Positions 30,018-39,778 of a stretch of 54,024 bases of DNA are shown here, piece by piece (the stretch's first letter is position 1; every line of letters begins with the position of its first letter). The translations under genes were made by a program, and so were the position numbers. The notes beneath the pieces were generated by a model. It was not told the origin of the DNA and made no database searches. It was given only the letters and a program-made list of their open reading frames with translations. Source of the DNA: an uncultured bacterium (GTDB lineage Bacteria; Patescibacteriota; Minisyncoccia; Phycocordibacterales; PALSA-1337); NCBI GenBank assembly GCA_903872035.1, contig CAIQIZ010000011.1:1-54024 (forward strand). The letters are read 5' to 3'.

Positions 30018-30793
30018 GGTGTAATTCTAGCACTTTTCGTTTTGGCGCGCTTGTGGAGAAATCTAGCAATGCTCTTTATGTGATTCAGCAGCGGTTTTCC
30101 GACCTTTCCGGCGCTGGATCTGGCATATTCATGATAAATGGTAGTCGCAGGCCAATAGACGACATCATATCCGTATTTATTCGCCCGATAACAAAAATCA
30201 ACGTCATCATATACAGAGAAATAATACCCATCAAAATATCCTACTCGATCAAATATTGACCGTTGGATAATGAGACAAGCTCCCATTGCCCAATCAACGG
30301 TCTGCACTTTTGACGGATCGATGGAAACATATCTACGATATGGCGGAAAATTCGGCATAAGCCTATATAATCCGGAGCCACGCCAAAAGAGCCCCATGAG
30401 TGTCGGGAATGTCCTGACCGATTCCTGATCTTTCCCATTTGGATAACGCAATCGTGGTGCAACTATGCCAACGTCGCTGTGTGACTGAAAATATTCTTTG
30501 ATGGCAGGAAAATCGAGCGACTCGATCCACGCATCATCGTCTAGGAACATTATATGATCTCCTTTTGCTTCGCTAACTCCGAGATTTCGTCCTTTAGCCA
30601 CTCCAACATTCATATCCGAATAGATCTTCTTAACTGCCACCAAACCAGTCAGATATTCCTTCGTCCCATCCGTCGAGCCATTATCAACGACGACGATTTC
30701 CGCAGCCGGCAATTTCTCTTGAACAGATTGGAGACAGCGCTTGAGCTTATCCAGCCTGTTTCGGGTGACGATTATGACTGATAGTTCTTTCAT
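30014..30793 (-). CDS. GT2 glycosyltransferase (WbbL/rhamnosyltransferase-like)
   Basis: VVDNGSTDGT, FLDDDA, VDWAMGACL, YDDVDFCYR. Confidence 0.85.
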   Translation of the reverse strand: MKELSVIIVTRNRLDKLKRCLQSVQEKLPAAEIVVVDNGSTDGTKEYLTGLVAVKKIYSDMNVGVAKGRNLGVSEAKGDHIMFLDDDAWIESLDFPAIKEYFQSHSDVGIVAPRLRYPNGKDQESVRTFPTLMGLFWRGSGLYRLMPNFPPYRRYVSIDPSKVQTVDWAMGACLIIQRSIFDRVGYFDGYYFSVYDDVDFCYRANKYGYDVVYWPATTIYHEYARSSAGKVGKPLLNHIKSIARFLHKRAKTKSARITP

Positions 30794-30822
30794 GGTACTA
30801 CTATATCATGTATGATATGGCC

Positions 30823-31671
30823 ATGAATCAGACCAAGACAGGACTTGAAAGAAAGCCATTTCGTGTGATAGAGCCTCCAACCAGATTCACGCCTATCTCC
30901 GAAATTAGGGATATTTGGCGCCACCGCGAGCTCTTATACCTCCTAGCCTGGAGAGACTACAAGGTTAGATACCGCCAAACCGTTATCGGCCTGTCCTGGG
31001 CGATATTTCAGCCCATATTGGCAACCATCGCCTTCGTCTTAGTCTTTGGTCGCCTAAAAGGGATCACTGACGGCGCTGTCCCCTATTCGCTTTTCGTCTT
31101 TTCCGGCATGGTCATATGGCAATTCTTTGCCAATTCCATCTCTGAATCAAGCCGGTCACTGGTAGCATCTAGCCAAATGATCACCAAGATATATTTCCCG
31201 CGGATCGTCATTCCTCTGGCCAAGATAGGGACACAAATCATCGACCTGATTCCTTCATTCATTATACTTCTGATTCTCATGATTTATTTGAAAGTTTTCC
31301 CGACCTTCCTCGGCATATTGTACGTAATCCCCCTGATCCTGATCTTGACTATAATCTCCGCTAGCATCGGCATCATCTTGTCGGCCATAAATGTCAAATA
31401 CCGCGACGTGCAATTCGTTGTACCGTTCTTCATTCAACTGGGACTGTTCTTGAGCCCCGTCATTTATTCAACAGCCAATCTCGGAAGATATTCCAAGCTC
31501 CTTCTTTTGAATCCAGTGACGGGAATAATCGATTCATTCCGGTCTGTGTTGTTTCAAACGGCCTTCCCATTGAAATCATTCACGGTCTCTTGCATCTTCG
31601 CCGCTGTATTGACGATGTTAAGCCTTCTATATTTCATCAAATCGGAAGGTGCTTTTTCAGATGTTATTTAA
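30823..31671 (+). CDS. wzm: Polysaccharide ABC transporter permease
   Basis: ELLYLLAWRDYKVRYRQTVIGLSWAIFQP, KIYFPR, YRDV, LNPV; start set at 30823 from the -10 spacing. Confidence 0.92.
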   Translation: MNQTKTGLERKPFRVIEPPTRFTPISEIRDIWRHRELLYLLAWRDYKVRYRQTVIGLSWAIFQPILATIAFVLVFGRLKGITDGAVPYSLFVFSGMVIWQFFANSISESSRSLVASSQMITKIYFPRIVIPLAKIGTQIIDLIPSFIILLILMIYLKVFPTFLGILYVIPLILILTIISASIGIILSAINVKYRDVQFVVPFFIQLGLFLSPVIYSTANLGRYSKLLLLNPVTGIIDSFRSVLFQTAFPLKSFTVSCIFAAVLTMLSLLYFIKSEGAFSDVI

Positions 31672-31903
31672 AAAAGAAACTCCGAATAATTTCTTCCGGA
31701 ATGCAAGCAGATATTGAGCGGACGATAGATCCGAGTGTACCTCTGTCAATCATTGGATGAAGCGGTATCGTCACGTAATAAGTGCAACCATCCTGTTTTT
31801 TCGCCATTCTCACATGGCTCCCACGTTGACGGGTAACAGAAAAGACGAGATTTTGTAAAATCTTAACCAATCTTCCTCCGGAAACGCGGATTAACCTAGG
31901 CAT
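31664..31903 (-). CDS. hicA: HicA-family toxin (mRNA interferase)
   Basis: MPRLIRVSG...RQRGSHV...VTIPLH...GTLGSI. Confidence 0.88.
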   Translation of the reverse strand: MPRLIRVSGGRLVKILQNLVFSVTRQRGSHVRMAKKQDGCTYYVTIPLHPMIDRGTLGSIVRSISACIPEEIIRSFFFK

Positions 31904-32135
31904 ACACGACTTCGGAAAGATCAATATTCATCATGATGGTAGGAGAGTACTTTTTCCGACGAAGCGATCCAAAAATTTCTTCCACGGCCGTCTCTGTGGC
32001 TTCCTTAATGTTATGTAAAAGCTTCTCGAAGGTCTTGCCTTGAGTAATGATATTATAAGCATCGTTAGAGGCAACGTAATAGCCATCTTCGCCTCTAAAA
32101 ACCCTGAATAAAACGATTTTATTGCTTATCTTCAT
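31896..32135 (-). CDS. hicB: HicB-family antitoxin (short, no evident DNA-binding domain)
   Basis: EDGYYVA...IITQGKTFEKLLHNIKEA; overlaps the hicA start. Confidence 0.85.
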   Translation of the reverse strand: MKISNKIVLFRVFRGEDGYYVASNDAYNIITQGKTFEKLLHNIKEATETAVEEIFGSLRRKKYSPTIMMNIDLSEVVYA

Positions 32136-32206
32136 AGGCCTAGTATAATGCTTAAAATTATCGTTTGCAAACTAAATGGCAATCAGTGCCTAATGAACCA
32201 ACTTAA

Positions 32207-33439
32207 ATGTCCTCAATCATCGAAATCAACGGCTTGGGAAAGAAATACCCCATCGTTCACGACAAGGTCCAATATGGGACTTTGCGAGATTCTTTGATGG
32301 GCTTTGCCAAGAATCCATTCGCCAAGCAAACGACTCATGAAGAATTCTGGGCTTTGAAGGACATCGACCTTTCCATAGAAAAAGGCGATATCGTAGGCAT
32401 CATCGGCAAAAACGGCGCCGGTAAATCCACTCTCTTGAAGATCATAGCTGGCATAGCCAAACCGACGGAAGGTAACGTCAAACTTTATGGTCGCATATCT
32501 TCCCTGTTGGAAGTCGGCACCGGCTTCCACCCAGAACTCACTGGCCGAGAGAACATCTTCCTGAACGGCGTCATCCTCGGCATGACCAGAAAGGAGGTTG
32601 CCAAGAAGTTCGACCAGATCGTCGACTTCGCCGGTATCGAGAAGTTCCTCGACACGCCCGTCAAGCATTACTCTAGCGGCATGTACGTCCGCCTAGCTTT
32701 TGCAGTTGCGGCACATCTTGAACCGGATATCTTGATCGTAGATGAAGTTTTAGCAGTCGGAGATGCAGAATTTCAGAAGAAGTGTCTGGGGAAGATGGAA
32801 GATGTATCCAAGAAAGAGGGACGGACCGTATTATTTGTCAGCCATAATATGCAAGCGATCTCTTCTCTTACCAAACAGTGTCTTTACCTAAATGGCGGAC
32901 ATATCCGATCATACGGAGAAACTACGGACGTAACATCCCAATATCTTTCAAATATTTCAGCAAGAAACGCTATATATGTGGACGAGACGCCCTATAAACA
33001 GCCACGTATCACCGAAGTCGAAGCAGTCACCTCTTTACCTAGCGGTGTCCACGAATTCGGAAAACGGCTTTCCTTTAAGATAAAGGTAGAAACCAAGACA
33101 GTCCTCCGTGGCGCGGCCGTATCGTTCAAAATAATCAACAGCTTAGGTATTTCCACAACTCACATCCTTACCTTGGACAGCGAGATCCCATTGTGTCGAA
33201 CTGCTGGATCATATGAATTGGTATGCACTATCCCAAGGCCGCGATTGTATCCGGATAATTATTCGCTGACGGTGTACTTTGCGGAGAAATCGACCGAAAC
33301 GCTTTTTGAGACGCTACAGAATGTATGCCACTTCGAGGTCATCAAGATCGACGAGTTTAGAGACTACTATTGGGGTGTTCGAAATGCGGTCTATATCGAA
33401 GATGGCGCTTGGGTAATCAAAAAACATGAAAATCTTTAA
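32207..33439 (+). CDS. wzt: Polysaccharide ABC transporter ATPase with C-terminal Wzt carbohydrate-binding domain
   Basis: GKNGAGKSTLLK, YSSGMYVRLAF, DEVLAVGDAEFQKKC, VSH; ~160-aa C-terminal extension. Confidence 0.93.
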   Translation: MSSIIEINGLGKKYPIVHDKVQYGTLRDSLMGFAKNPFAKQTTHEEFWALKDIDLSIEKGDIVGIIGKNGAGKSTLLKIIAGIAKPTEGNVKLYGRISSLLEVGTGFHPELTGRENIFLNGVILGMTRKEVAKKFDQIVDFAGIEKFLDTPVKHYSSGMYVRLAFAVAAHLEPDILIVDEVLAVGDAEFQKKCLGKMEDVSKKEGRTVLFVSHNMQAISSLTKQCLYLNGGHIRSYGETTDVTSQYLSNISARNAIYVDETPYKQPRITEVEAVTSLPSGVHEFGKRLSFKIKVETKTVLRGAAVSFKIINSLGISTTHILTLDSEIPLCRTAGSYELVCTIPRPRLYPDNYSLTVYFAEKSTETLFETLQNVCHFEVIKIDEFRDYYWGVRNAVYIEDGAWVIKKHENL

Positions 33440-34202
33440 ACAGATAAAAGCATTAATCCCTGAGCCGATAAAGATTCCTATCAGAAAATTTCGGTCTTGG
33501 AAGTTCCGCGGTTTCCACTATCCTGTCAGACCTTATAGTGCAAACAAACTAACAAGAATATACAAAAATCTGGACACCTACGGAAAAAAGCAACTGACAA
33601 GATGGTTACGATACTGTGCCGGCTCACAAGATTTCTTCGCTTTCAGAACACGTGCCACGAACGGCCTCATGTTGCAACAGGTCACTGAGGAATATGCCGA
33701 TTATTTGACGTGGTTGAAGACAAAGAATATCAAAAAATACCTAGAGATCGGGATCGGTTCGGGCAGTTCATTCTTTATCAACAACATCTTCATAAAGAAA
33801 TCTGCAGAGCTGAGCATTGCCGTAGACAATGTGTCGTATGACTGTTTCGGCGACCAGCTGCGGAATATAAATGACAAATTCGAAACATTGCGATCTCTGA
33901 ATCGATCATGCACATTTAAATTCTATCAAGGAAAATCTGATGACTTCTTCAGACAAAATAGCGAGAAATTCGACTTAATCTTTATCGACGCGGATCATGG
34001 ATATGACAGCGTCAAATCTGATTACGATCACGCCTTACGCGCTCTAAGTCCCAATGGGTACATTATCTTCCATGATATTGCCAATGAATACTACCCTGGC
34101 GTGATTAGGCTTTGGAAAGAAATCACGGGTAGTGGTGCCAATGTTATAGAATATGTAACTAAAAATAATTACTGCGGAATCGGTATACTAAGCCTAAATT
34201 GA
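33426..34202 (+). CDS. Class I SAM-dependent methyltransferase (Methyltransf_24-like)
   Basis: YLEIGIGSGSS, FDLIFIDADHGYDSVKSD, GYIIFHD. Confidence 0.88.
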   Translation: MKIFKQIKALIPEPIKIPIRKFRSWKFRGFHYPVRPYSANKLTRIYKNLDTYGKKQLTRWLRYCAGSQDFFAFRTRATNGLMLQQVTEEYADYLTWLKTKNIKKYLEIGIGSGSSFFINNIFIKKSAELSIAVDNVSYDCFGDQLRNINDKFETLRSLNRSCTFKFYQGKSDDFFRQNSEKFDLIFIDADHGYDSVKSDYDHALRALSPNGYIIFHDIANEYYPGVIRLWKEITGSGANVIEYVTKNNYCGIGILSLN

Positions 34203-34224
34203 TGTGAGCCAGCGATTATCCGGA

Positions 34225-35262
34225 CTAGAGAATCTCGTCCTGAAGTTCCGATATAACTTTCATCGAGTCCTTAATATGGAACTGTAAAAGAGTTCCACTA
34301 CTGGACCAATAGTGCCGAAACTCCGCTCCTGGCCTAATAATTCCTGAGGCATCGTATCTTTCCTGATCAAAAACCACTGAACTATATTTATCTTTTCTTT
34401 GATCCATCAAAGCCGGATACATATTCTGGTCTGCCACCCATAGATGCTCGTTCAGTACAGTCGATGAGGTTACTAGCCTTTCTATGAGATCAAGATCCAT
34501 AATATCCGTATAAACGCAAGCGGCCGCCAAGGTTAGATGTGGGGGGAAACTGCACCCGATCTCTTCGAGAAATTCCTTCTGGTAGGCCGGGCTTGATTCA
34601 TAAACATACAGATATGATCGAGGATCAATATTCAACCAATCGATCAGCTGGCAAGGTCTCTTAAGAAAAAGTATGTCGGAATTCATGGTAATGATCCTTT
34701 CCGTGTTTGCTAGGATGATGTGATCGAGAATCTCAAGCGAGTCCACGATTTTTTTCCGATATGAGCGTATTTGCGGATATTCCTTCAAAATAGGTTCGAG
34801 TTTAGAATCAGCCTCGCTTCTGACGATTATATTTATGCCCGGTATATGTTTTTCGATCAATTGCATGTCTTCTTGAGACAGACTGCCGTCGTCGTGGGCA
34901 ACAACAGAAACATCGTTGGTGAACCGTAGAAGTGATTTTAACGCTAGAATATACATGTTTACGTGGTGATGACATGTCAATGTGTGCAGTTCAACGCCTG
35001 CACCTATCTTACACGGGATCGGTCGAGTCAATAGAACGCCCTTGAAGACTTCCTGAAGCTGCTTCTTGTATTCCTCGGTTAGATGCTTATTTCGATCGTA
35101 TTTTTTCTTCCAGCGTCGGTGAGCAACGCGGTTATTCCATTCAAAAATTGGCTTTATAGTACGATCCTTGCAATAAAAAAATATCCTCCAGCAAAGCTGA
35201 TTTGATGTCTTTTTTGTTTTTAAATAATCTCGGAGTTTTTTAAGTTGATTTGTCATACACAT
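34225..35262 (-). CDS. Putative GT-A fold glycosyltransferase
   Basis: LALKSLLRF...HDDGSL and NSDILF motifs; located in a glycan cluster. Confidence 0.6.
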   Translation of the reverse strand: MCMTNQLKKLRDYLKTKKTSNQLCWRIFFYCKDRTIKPIFEWNNRVAHRRWKKKYDRNKHLTEEYKKQLQEVFKGVLLTRPIPCKIGAGVELHTLTCHHHVNMYILALKSLLRFTNDVSVVAHDDGSLSQEDMQLIEKHIPGINIIVRSEADSKLEPILKEYPQIRSYRKKIVDSLEILDHIILANTERIITMNSDILFLKRPCQLIDWLNIDPRSYLYVYESSPAYQKEFLEEIGCSFPPHLTLAAACVYTDIMDLDLIERLVTSSTVLNEHLWVADQNMYPALMDQRKDKYSSVVFDQERYDASGIIRPGAEFRHYWSSSGTLLQFHIKDSMKVISELQDEIL

Positions 35263-35431
35263 AGACGTTGTTCGATTACAACCCGGCTTACAAATTTAAT
35301 TGATTATCCATAAGGAAAATACTATACTCAAAAGGTACGTATATTCTAACGTAGATAACCGCAAAGGACACTATTGACATAATGATCGGAACGGAGGTAA
35401 GTATATGACTAACAAGTAAGTATAAACAAAA

Positions 35432-36355
35432 ATGACCATATCTATCGTCTCAGCTTCAGATGATAAGTTTGTCCCCTACTTGGGTGTGATGCTATTTTCT
35501 CTCCTGCGAAATAAAAATACGGATACCTCTGTCGAGATATACATCATCGATAACGGCATATCGGCAAAGAACAGGACAAGGCTGTCTAAGTTGATAGGTA
35601 AATTCCGATCGTCACTTATCTTCCTGTCGGTCAATGCTGACATCTACAAAAACTTCCGGATCGATAGCCACATAAACCATACAACGTATTGTCGCCTATC
35701 TATACCCGAGCTGTTCAATAGAGAGATAAAGAAAATACTGTATATAGACGGAGATGTGGTTGTTCGTAAAGATCTTTCCAGCTTATGGAACATCGACATC
35801 TCTGACTACTATATGGCAGCGGTTAAAGATTGGGGTATCACGTCAGATTTACCGAGAAATAATAGCTACTTCAACGCAGGAATCATGCTCTTAAACCTGA
35901 ACAAGATACGGTGTGACAGTATAATGTCCAAAACTATAACTTATATAGAACAAAATAGGCCAGCAATGCATGATCAAGACGGACTCAATGCTATAGTCAA
36001 AGAAAATTACTTATCTTTGCCCGTGATATATAATACGATGTCTTGTTTCTTTTTTAGAAAGAAACTGAATAACAAGCTCGTATACAAATACTCAGGTGGC
36101 CCGATAATCGACCCGTATATGATTCATTTTACGGGATCTTACAAAGTCGGACTGCTATGTAATAATCCTTATAGATACCTATACTATAGGTATCTATTGC
36201 AGACGCAATGGAGATGGCATGCCCTTGGTCAGTTTCTACATATTCCCAGCGAATACACAGATTATACAAAACTGAAATATAAGTTTCTGAAGAGATACCA
36301 GCCGTTACACAAATTATTGAGAACGATCAAAGCGAATACGTCCAAGACAAAATGA
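35432..36355 (+). CDS. GT8 glycosyltransferase
   Basis: TYCRL, KILYIDGD, YFNAGIMLLN, HDQDGLN, IHFTG. Confidence 0.9.
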   Translation: MTISIVSASDDKFVPYLGVMLFSLLRNKNTDTSVEIYIIDNGISAKNRTRLSKLIGKFRSSLIFLSVNADIYKNFRIDSHINHTTYCRLSIPELFNREIKKILYIDGDVVVRKDLSSLWNIDISDYYMAAVKDWGITSDLPRNNSYFNAGIMLLNLNKIRCDSIMSKTITYIEQNRPAMHDQDGLNAIVKENYLSLPVIYNTMSCFFFRKKLNNKLVYKYSGGPIIDPYMIHFTGSYKVGLLCNNPYRYLYYRYLLQTQWRWHALGQFLHIPSEYTDYTKLKYKFLKRYQPLHKLLRTIKANTSKTK

Positions 36356-37353
36356 CCACCCACGCAAACAATTTTAGCGTAGACATAATAATTCCGTCAC
36401 ATAATCGTGCTGGCTTTATATGTCAGGCTTTGGATTCGATACTCTGGCAAACTATCAAACCGGCACGGGCCATCGTCATCGACGATGGATCAACAGATAA
36501 TACAAGAAATCTGGTAGCCTCATACTTGCCCCTTTTCCAACAAAAAGGCATCGTATTATCTTACATCTTCCAAAATAAACGGGGCGTGAGTTCCGCGCGA
36601 AATTTGGGCATTGCACATTCAACTTCAGCATATATCTTGTTCTTGGATTCTGATGACATGATCCGACCTACGTATATTTCAGAATTTATGAAATTTTACA
36701 GTAACAATCCCGCAGACATCGCTTATACATCACTTGAAATCATTGACGACAAAGGAAATGTCGTCAAGAACCATCCGGAGCTGAAAGATTTTGAAAATCA
36801 TCAACAAAATATATTTAATGACCTGCTTCGCGATAATCTATTTATTAGAAATGCGGCACAGGTTCTATTTCCACGGAGGATCATAGCGAACGGCTTACGA
36901 TTTGACGAAAGCCTGACATATGCGGAAGATCTGGATTTTTTACTCAAAATTGCGGCAAATAATAGTTTTGTTTTTCTAAACAACGAACTTTTTCTTTATA
37001 GACTGCATGCGTCAAATGTTTGCCGTGATAAGACGTATGTATTTCGAGAATCTATCAGATTCTATAAACTTTGGATCGATAGAGGCGCAGGACAAAGCAT
37101 AACAAACCTTTGGGGGAAATATCTTCTCTACAGGATCATCCTTCGTTTTCCACATCTGGATTTTTACAAGATAGCCGATGCATCCCTGGCCGACTTAAAA
37201 TACAAAATGGCGCTATTCCCCAGATTTTCCGGAAACATCATATGGAATTCGGTCTGGAGCTTCGCTGACTACGCATGGCGCAGTATTGTGACCGGCTCTT
37301 TTGTAAAAGACGTTAGGCGTTATATTTACACAAGAAAAAAATATTTTAAATAG
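36352..37353 (+). CDS. GT2 glycosyltransferase
   Basis: IIIPSHNR, IDDGSTD, GVSSARNLG, FLDSDD, AEDLDF, YRLH. Confidence 0.9.
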   Translation: MTTHANNFSVDIIIPSHNRAGFICQALDSILWQTIKPARAIVIDDGSTDNTRNLVASYLPLFQQKGIVLSYIFQNKRGVSSARNLGIAHSTSAYILFLDSDDMIRPTYISEFMKFYSNNPADIAYTSLEIIDDKGNVVKNHPELKDFENHQQNIFNDLLRDNLFIRNAAQVLFPRRIIANGLRFDESLTYAEDLDFLLKIAANNSFVFLNNELFLYRLHASNVCRDKTYVFRESIRFYKLWIDRGAGQSITNLWGKYLLYRIILRFPHLDFYKIADASLADLKYKMALFPRFSGNIIWNSVWSFADYAWRSIVTGSFVKDVRRYIYTRKKYFK

Positions 37354-37415
37354 AATTTTGTAATGATAAAGATCTCTATGCTCATAACGGGTCATCCTTA
37401 CAATAAGTCACTGTC

Positions 37416-39131
37416 ATGCTAATCAAAGATGTCAAGACCCCTGTCTCAGGTTGGATGCGCAGAAACTGGCTATTTCTTATTACTTTCTTTGTACTCGCCG
37501 TTGTGGCAAATCTCTTTCTTTTTCAATTTTATGGCCAAGAGAAATACATTTATTTCTGGGATTATTCAGGATATGAATTGAGTTTTACGTTAATCGTCCA
37601 TGTGTTCAGTCATAATGGTCTCTTGGCGGCTATCGGAACTTTGCTTGACTCAATAGCCATAAGTGACCATAGTTTTATAGCACCTTTTATAATCTCTCCG
37701 GTGGGTCTGCTTTTTGGAACCAGCCGGCCGGTATATCTGTTTTCAGTTTTAAATGTCCTGGCATTGCCGGCGGTATTAGCGATAGGGTGGCTGTTCATGC
37801 TCCTGACAGACGAGCGAAATGCCAATCGTTGGTATTATGCATTGATCCCCATAACCATAACGTGGCTTACGCCGCAGTTTTGGGTACCAATAACTTCAGG
37901 ATATTATGATGTGTCGACTCTGATCGTTGCAAACCTGATCTGGGGCATTACAGGATCCGACTGGAAGCGTAATCCGACATCCAAAGCAATCCTCGTTGGT
38001 ATGCTTCTGACGATGTCGATATTTGTTCGCCGTTGGTTCGGATATTGGGTCTTTAGTTTTTTTCCTGCCGTCATTATAATCTGGGCAATCGCTAAATGGA
38101 AACAAAGTACGCCACTGTTGACTCTGAAAAATATTTTCATTTGCGGAATCTCAGCATCTTTGTTCTTTGCCTTCACAAGCTCTCCGGTCATGTATTCAAT
38201 GATACGGAATGATTATAGTGTAATGTTCCAAGCTTATAAGCTCGGCAACTCGACTTTACAAGTTATGCTAAAAGCGGTTTCCTATTATGGCTGGTTAAGC
38301 ATTGCATTTGCGGTCGTGGGTTTGATTTTGGCATTAAAATACAATCCGAAAAAACAATTTATATGCTTTATCGCAATACAAACTTTTCTAACCCTACTCT
38401 TATTTTCTCACGTTCAGCTAGTTGGCGCTCAGCACCATTATCAATTCATGCTAGCAATCATATTATTCCAAGCTTTATTTCTATTTTATCTTTGGCGTTC
38501 CCGACTTAGAAACTGCTGGAAATATGTCATAACATCGGTATTTTGTGTAATTACACTGATTAATTTTGTGCAAAGCTTGATTCCACAATTCACCCATTTC
38601 CATCTACAGAGTACGCATATGCTTGCGGAAGCCGAGCATTATCCACTAGTCAGGAACGACATCCCACAAATAGAATCTTTGATGCGATTTCTCGATCAAT
38701 ATTCAGACATATATGTTGTCGCCGCTTCCATGACGTTGAACGATGACATGCTTAGAGAATCTTGTCATTACATTCCCGTAGCTTTGCTAGTCTGCAGTCG
38801 TATTATGCAAAGCAGCGTAGTGGACCTAAGAGATGGTTTTCCGCAACAATTTTTAAGTGCAAATTACGTTCTTGTAGGAGATCCAATCCAATATCATCTT
38901 CAACCAAAAGATGAACGAGTGATCGGTATATTAGCCGATGAGATTCTCAACAAAAATAACATTGGAAATGCTTTCGAAATAATACCTCGTCAATTTACTT
39001 TAGATAATGGTGTCCAGGTAAAAATATATAAAAAGGTAAGGGATTTCACACCGCAAGAGCTACAAAAATTAGAAAATATATTCCTAAGTTTTTACCCATC
39101 TCAACGGGCGCTGTTTAGGATAGCGATTTAG
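37416..39131 (+). CDS. Polytopic membrane protein, probable GT-C glycosyltransferase
   Basis: Many hydrophobic helices, YFWDYSGY acidic motif in the first loop, soluble C-terminal domain, glycan-cluster context. Confidence 0.6.
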   Translation: MLIKDVKTPVSGWMRRNWLFLITFFVLAVVANLFLFQFYGQEKYIYFWDYSGYELSFTLIVHVFSHNGLLAAIGTLLDSIAISDHSFIAPFIISPVGLLFGTSRPVYLFSVLNVLALPAVLAIGWLFMLLTDERNANRWYYALIPITITWLTPQFWVPITSGYYDVSTLIVANLIWGITGSDWKRNPTSKAILVGMLLTMSIFVRRWFGYWVFSFFPAVIIIWAIAKWKQSTPLLTLKNIFICGISASLFFAFTSSPVMYSMIRNDYSVMFQAYKLGNSTLQVMLKAVSYYGWLSIAFAVVGLILALKYNPKKQFICFIAIQTFLTLLLFSHVQLVGAQHHYQFMLAIILFQALFLFYLWRSRLRNCWKYVITSVFCVITLINFVQSLIPQFTHFHLQSTHMLAEAEHYPLVRNDIPQIESLMRFLDQYSDIYVVAASMTLNDDMLRESCHYIPVALLVCSRIMQSSVVDLRDGFPQQFLSANYVLVGDPIQYHLQPKDERVIGILADEILNKNNIGNAFEIIPRQFTLDNGVQVKIYKKVRDFTPQELQKLENIFLSFYPSQRALFRIAI

Positions 39132-39148
39132 TTATTTTCCCGCCCGCT

Positions 39149-39748
39149 TTAGAAAAAGCCACAAACAATATAACCTATCCCGCCGGCCAACATCCATCCC
39201 CCAATCACATCCGAGAACCAATGCACTCCCAAATAGATCCGGCTGACCCCGACTAGAAATATTATCGAGCCACAGATAGTTACGCATAATACTTTCATGG
39301 GCCTATTTTTTACGATCCTGGACAAACCCAAAGCTAGGATCAGAAAAACGATGGTTACACCAGTCGTGTGGCCACTGGGATAACTCCAATTGCCGATATT
39401 GGATGCCAACGGCATATTCGGCCTAGCGATCAGGTAAAAATTCTTTAGATAGGATGTCAGTAAATTGACAAATAGAAACCCGAAACCAAGACAGGCGGCC
39501 ATTCTCCATTCAGCCAATAACATAAATATTACTAAAGCGACTATTACAATAATGGTTAAATCACCCCCGTCTCCGAGACGAGTTATATGTGACATGAGAT
39601 ACGTTAACGTTGACGTTTGCGATGCCAAACCTGCGTTGTTTACAACAGTATCTATCTCATGGATTCCTGAATTTCGAGACGAAACGAGCATGCTAATACC
39701 CAGAAATAGAACGAGAAGTATGAGACCAGCAATTATTTTCTTGCGCAT
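39149..39748 (-). CDS. PAP2-family phosphatase (undecaprenyl-pyrophosphate phosphatase-like)
   Basis: K..RP, SYPSGH, SRIYLGVHWFSDV. Confidence 0.92.
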   Translation of the reverse strand: MRKKIIAGLILLVLFLGISMLVSSRNSGIHEIDTVVNNAGLASQTSTLTYLMSHITRLGDGGDLTIIVIVALVIFMLLAEWRMAACLGFGFLFVNLLTSYLKNFYLIARPNMPLASNIGNWSYPSGHTTGVTIVFLILALGLSRIVKNRPMKVLCVTICGSIIFLVGVSRIYLGVHWFSDVIGGWMLAGGIGYIVCGFF

Positions 39749-39778
39749 GCTATTATTATACTATAATACATCTTACTT

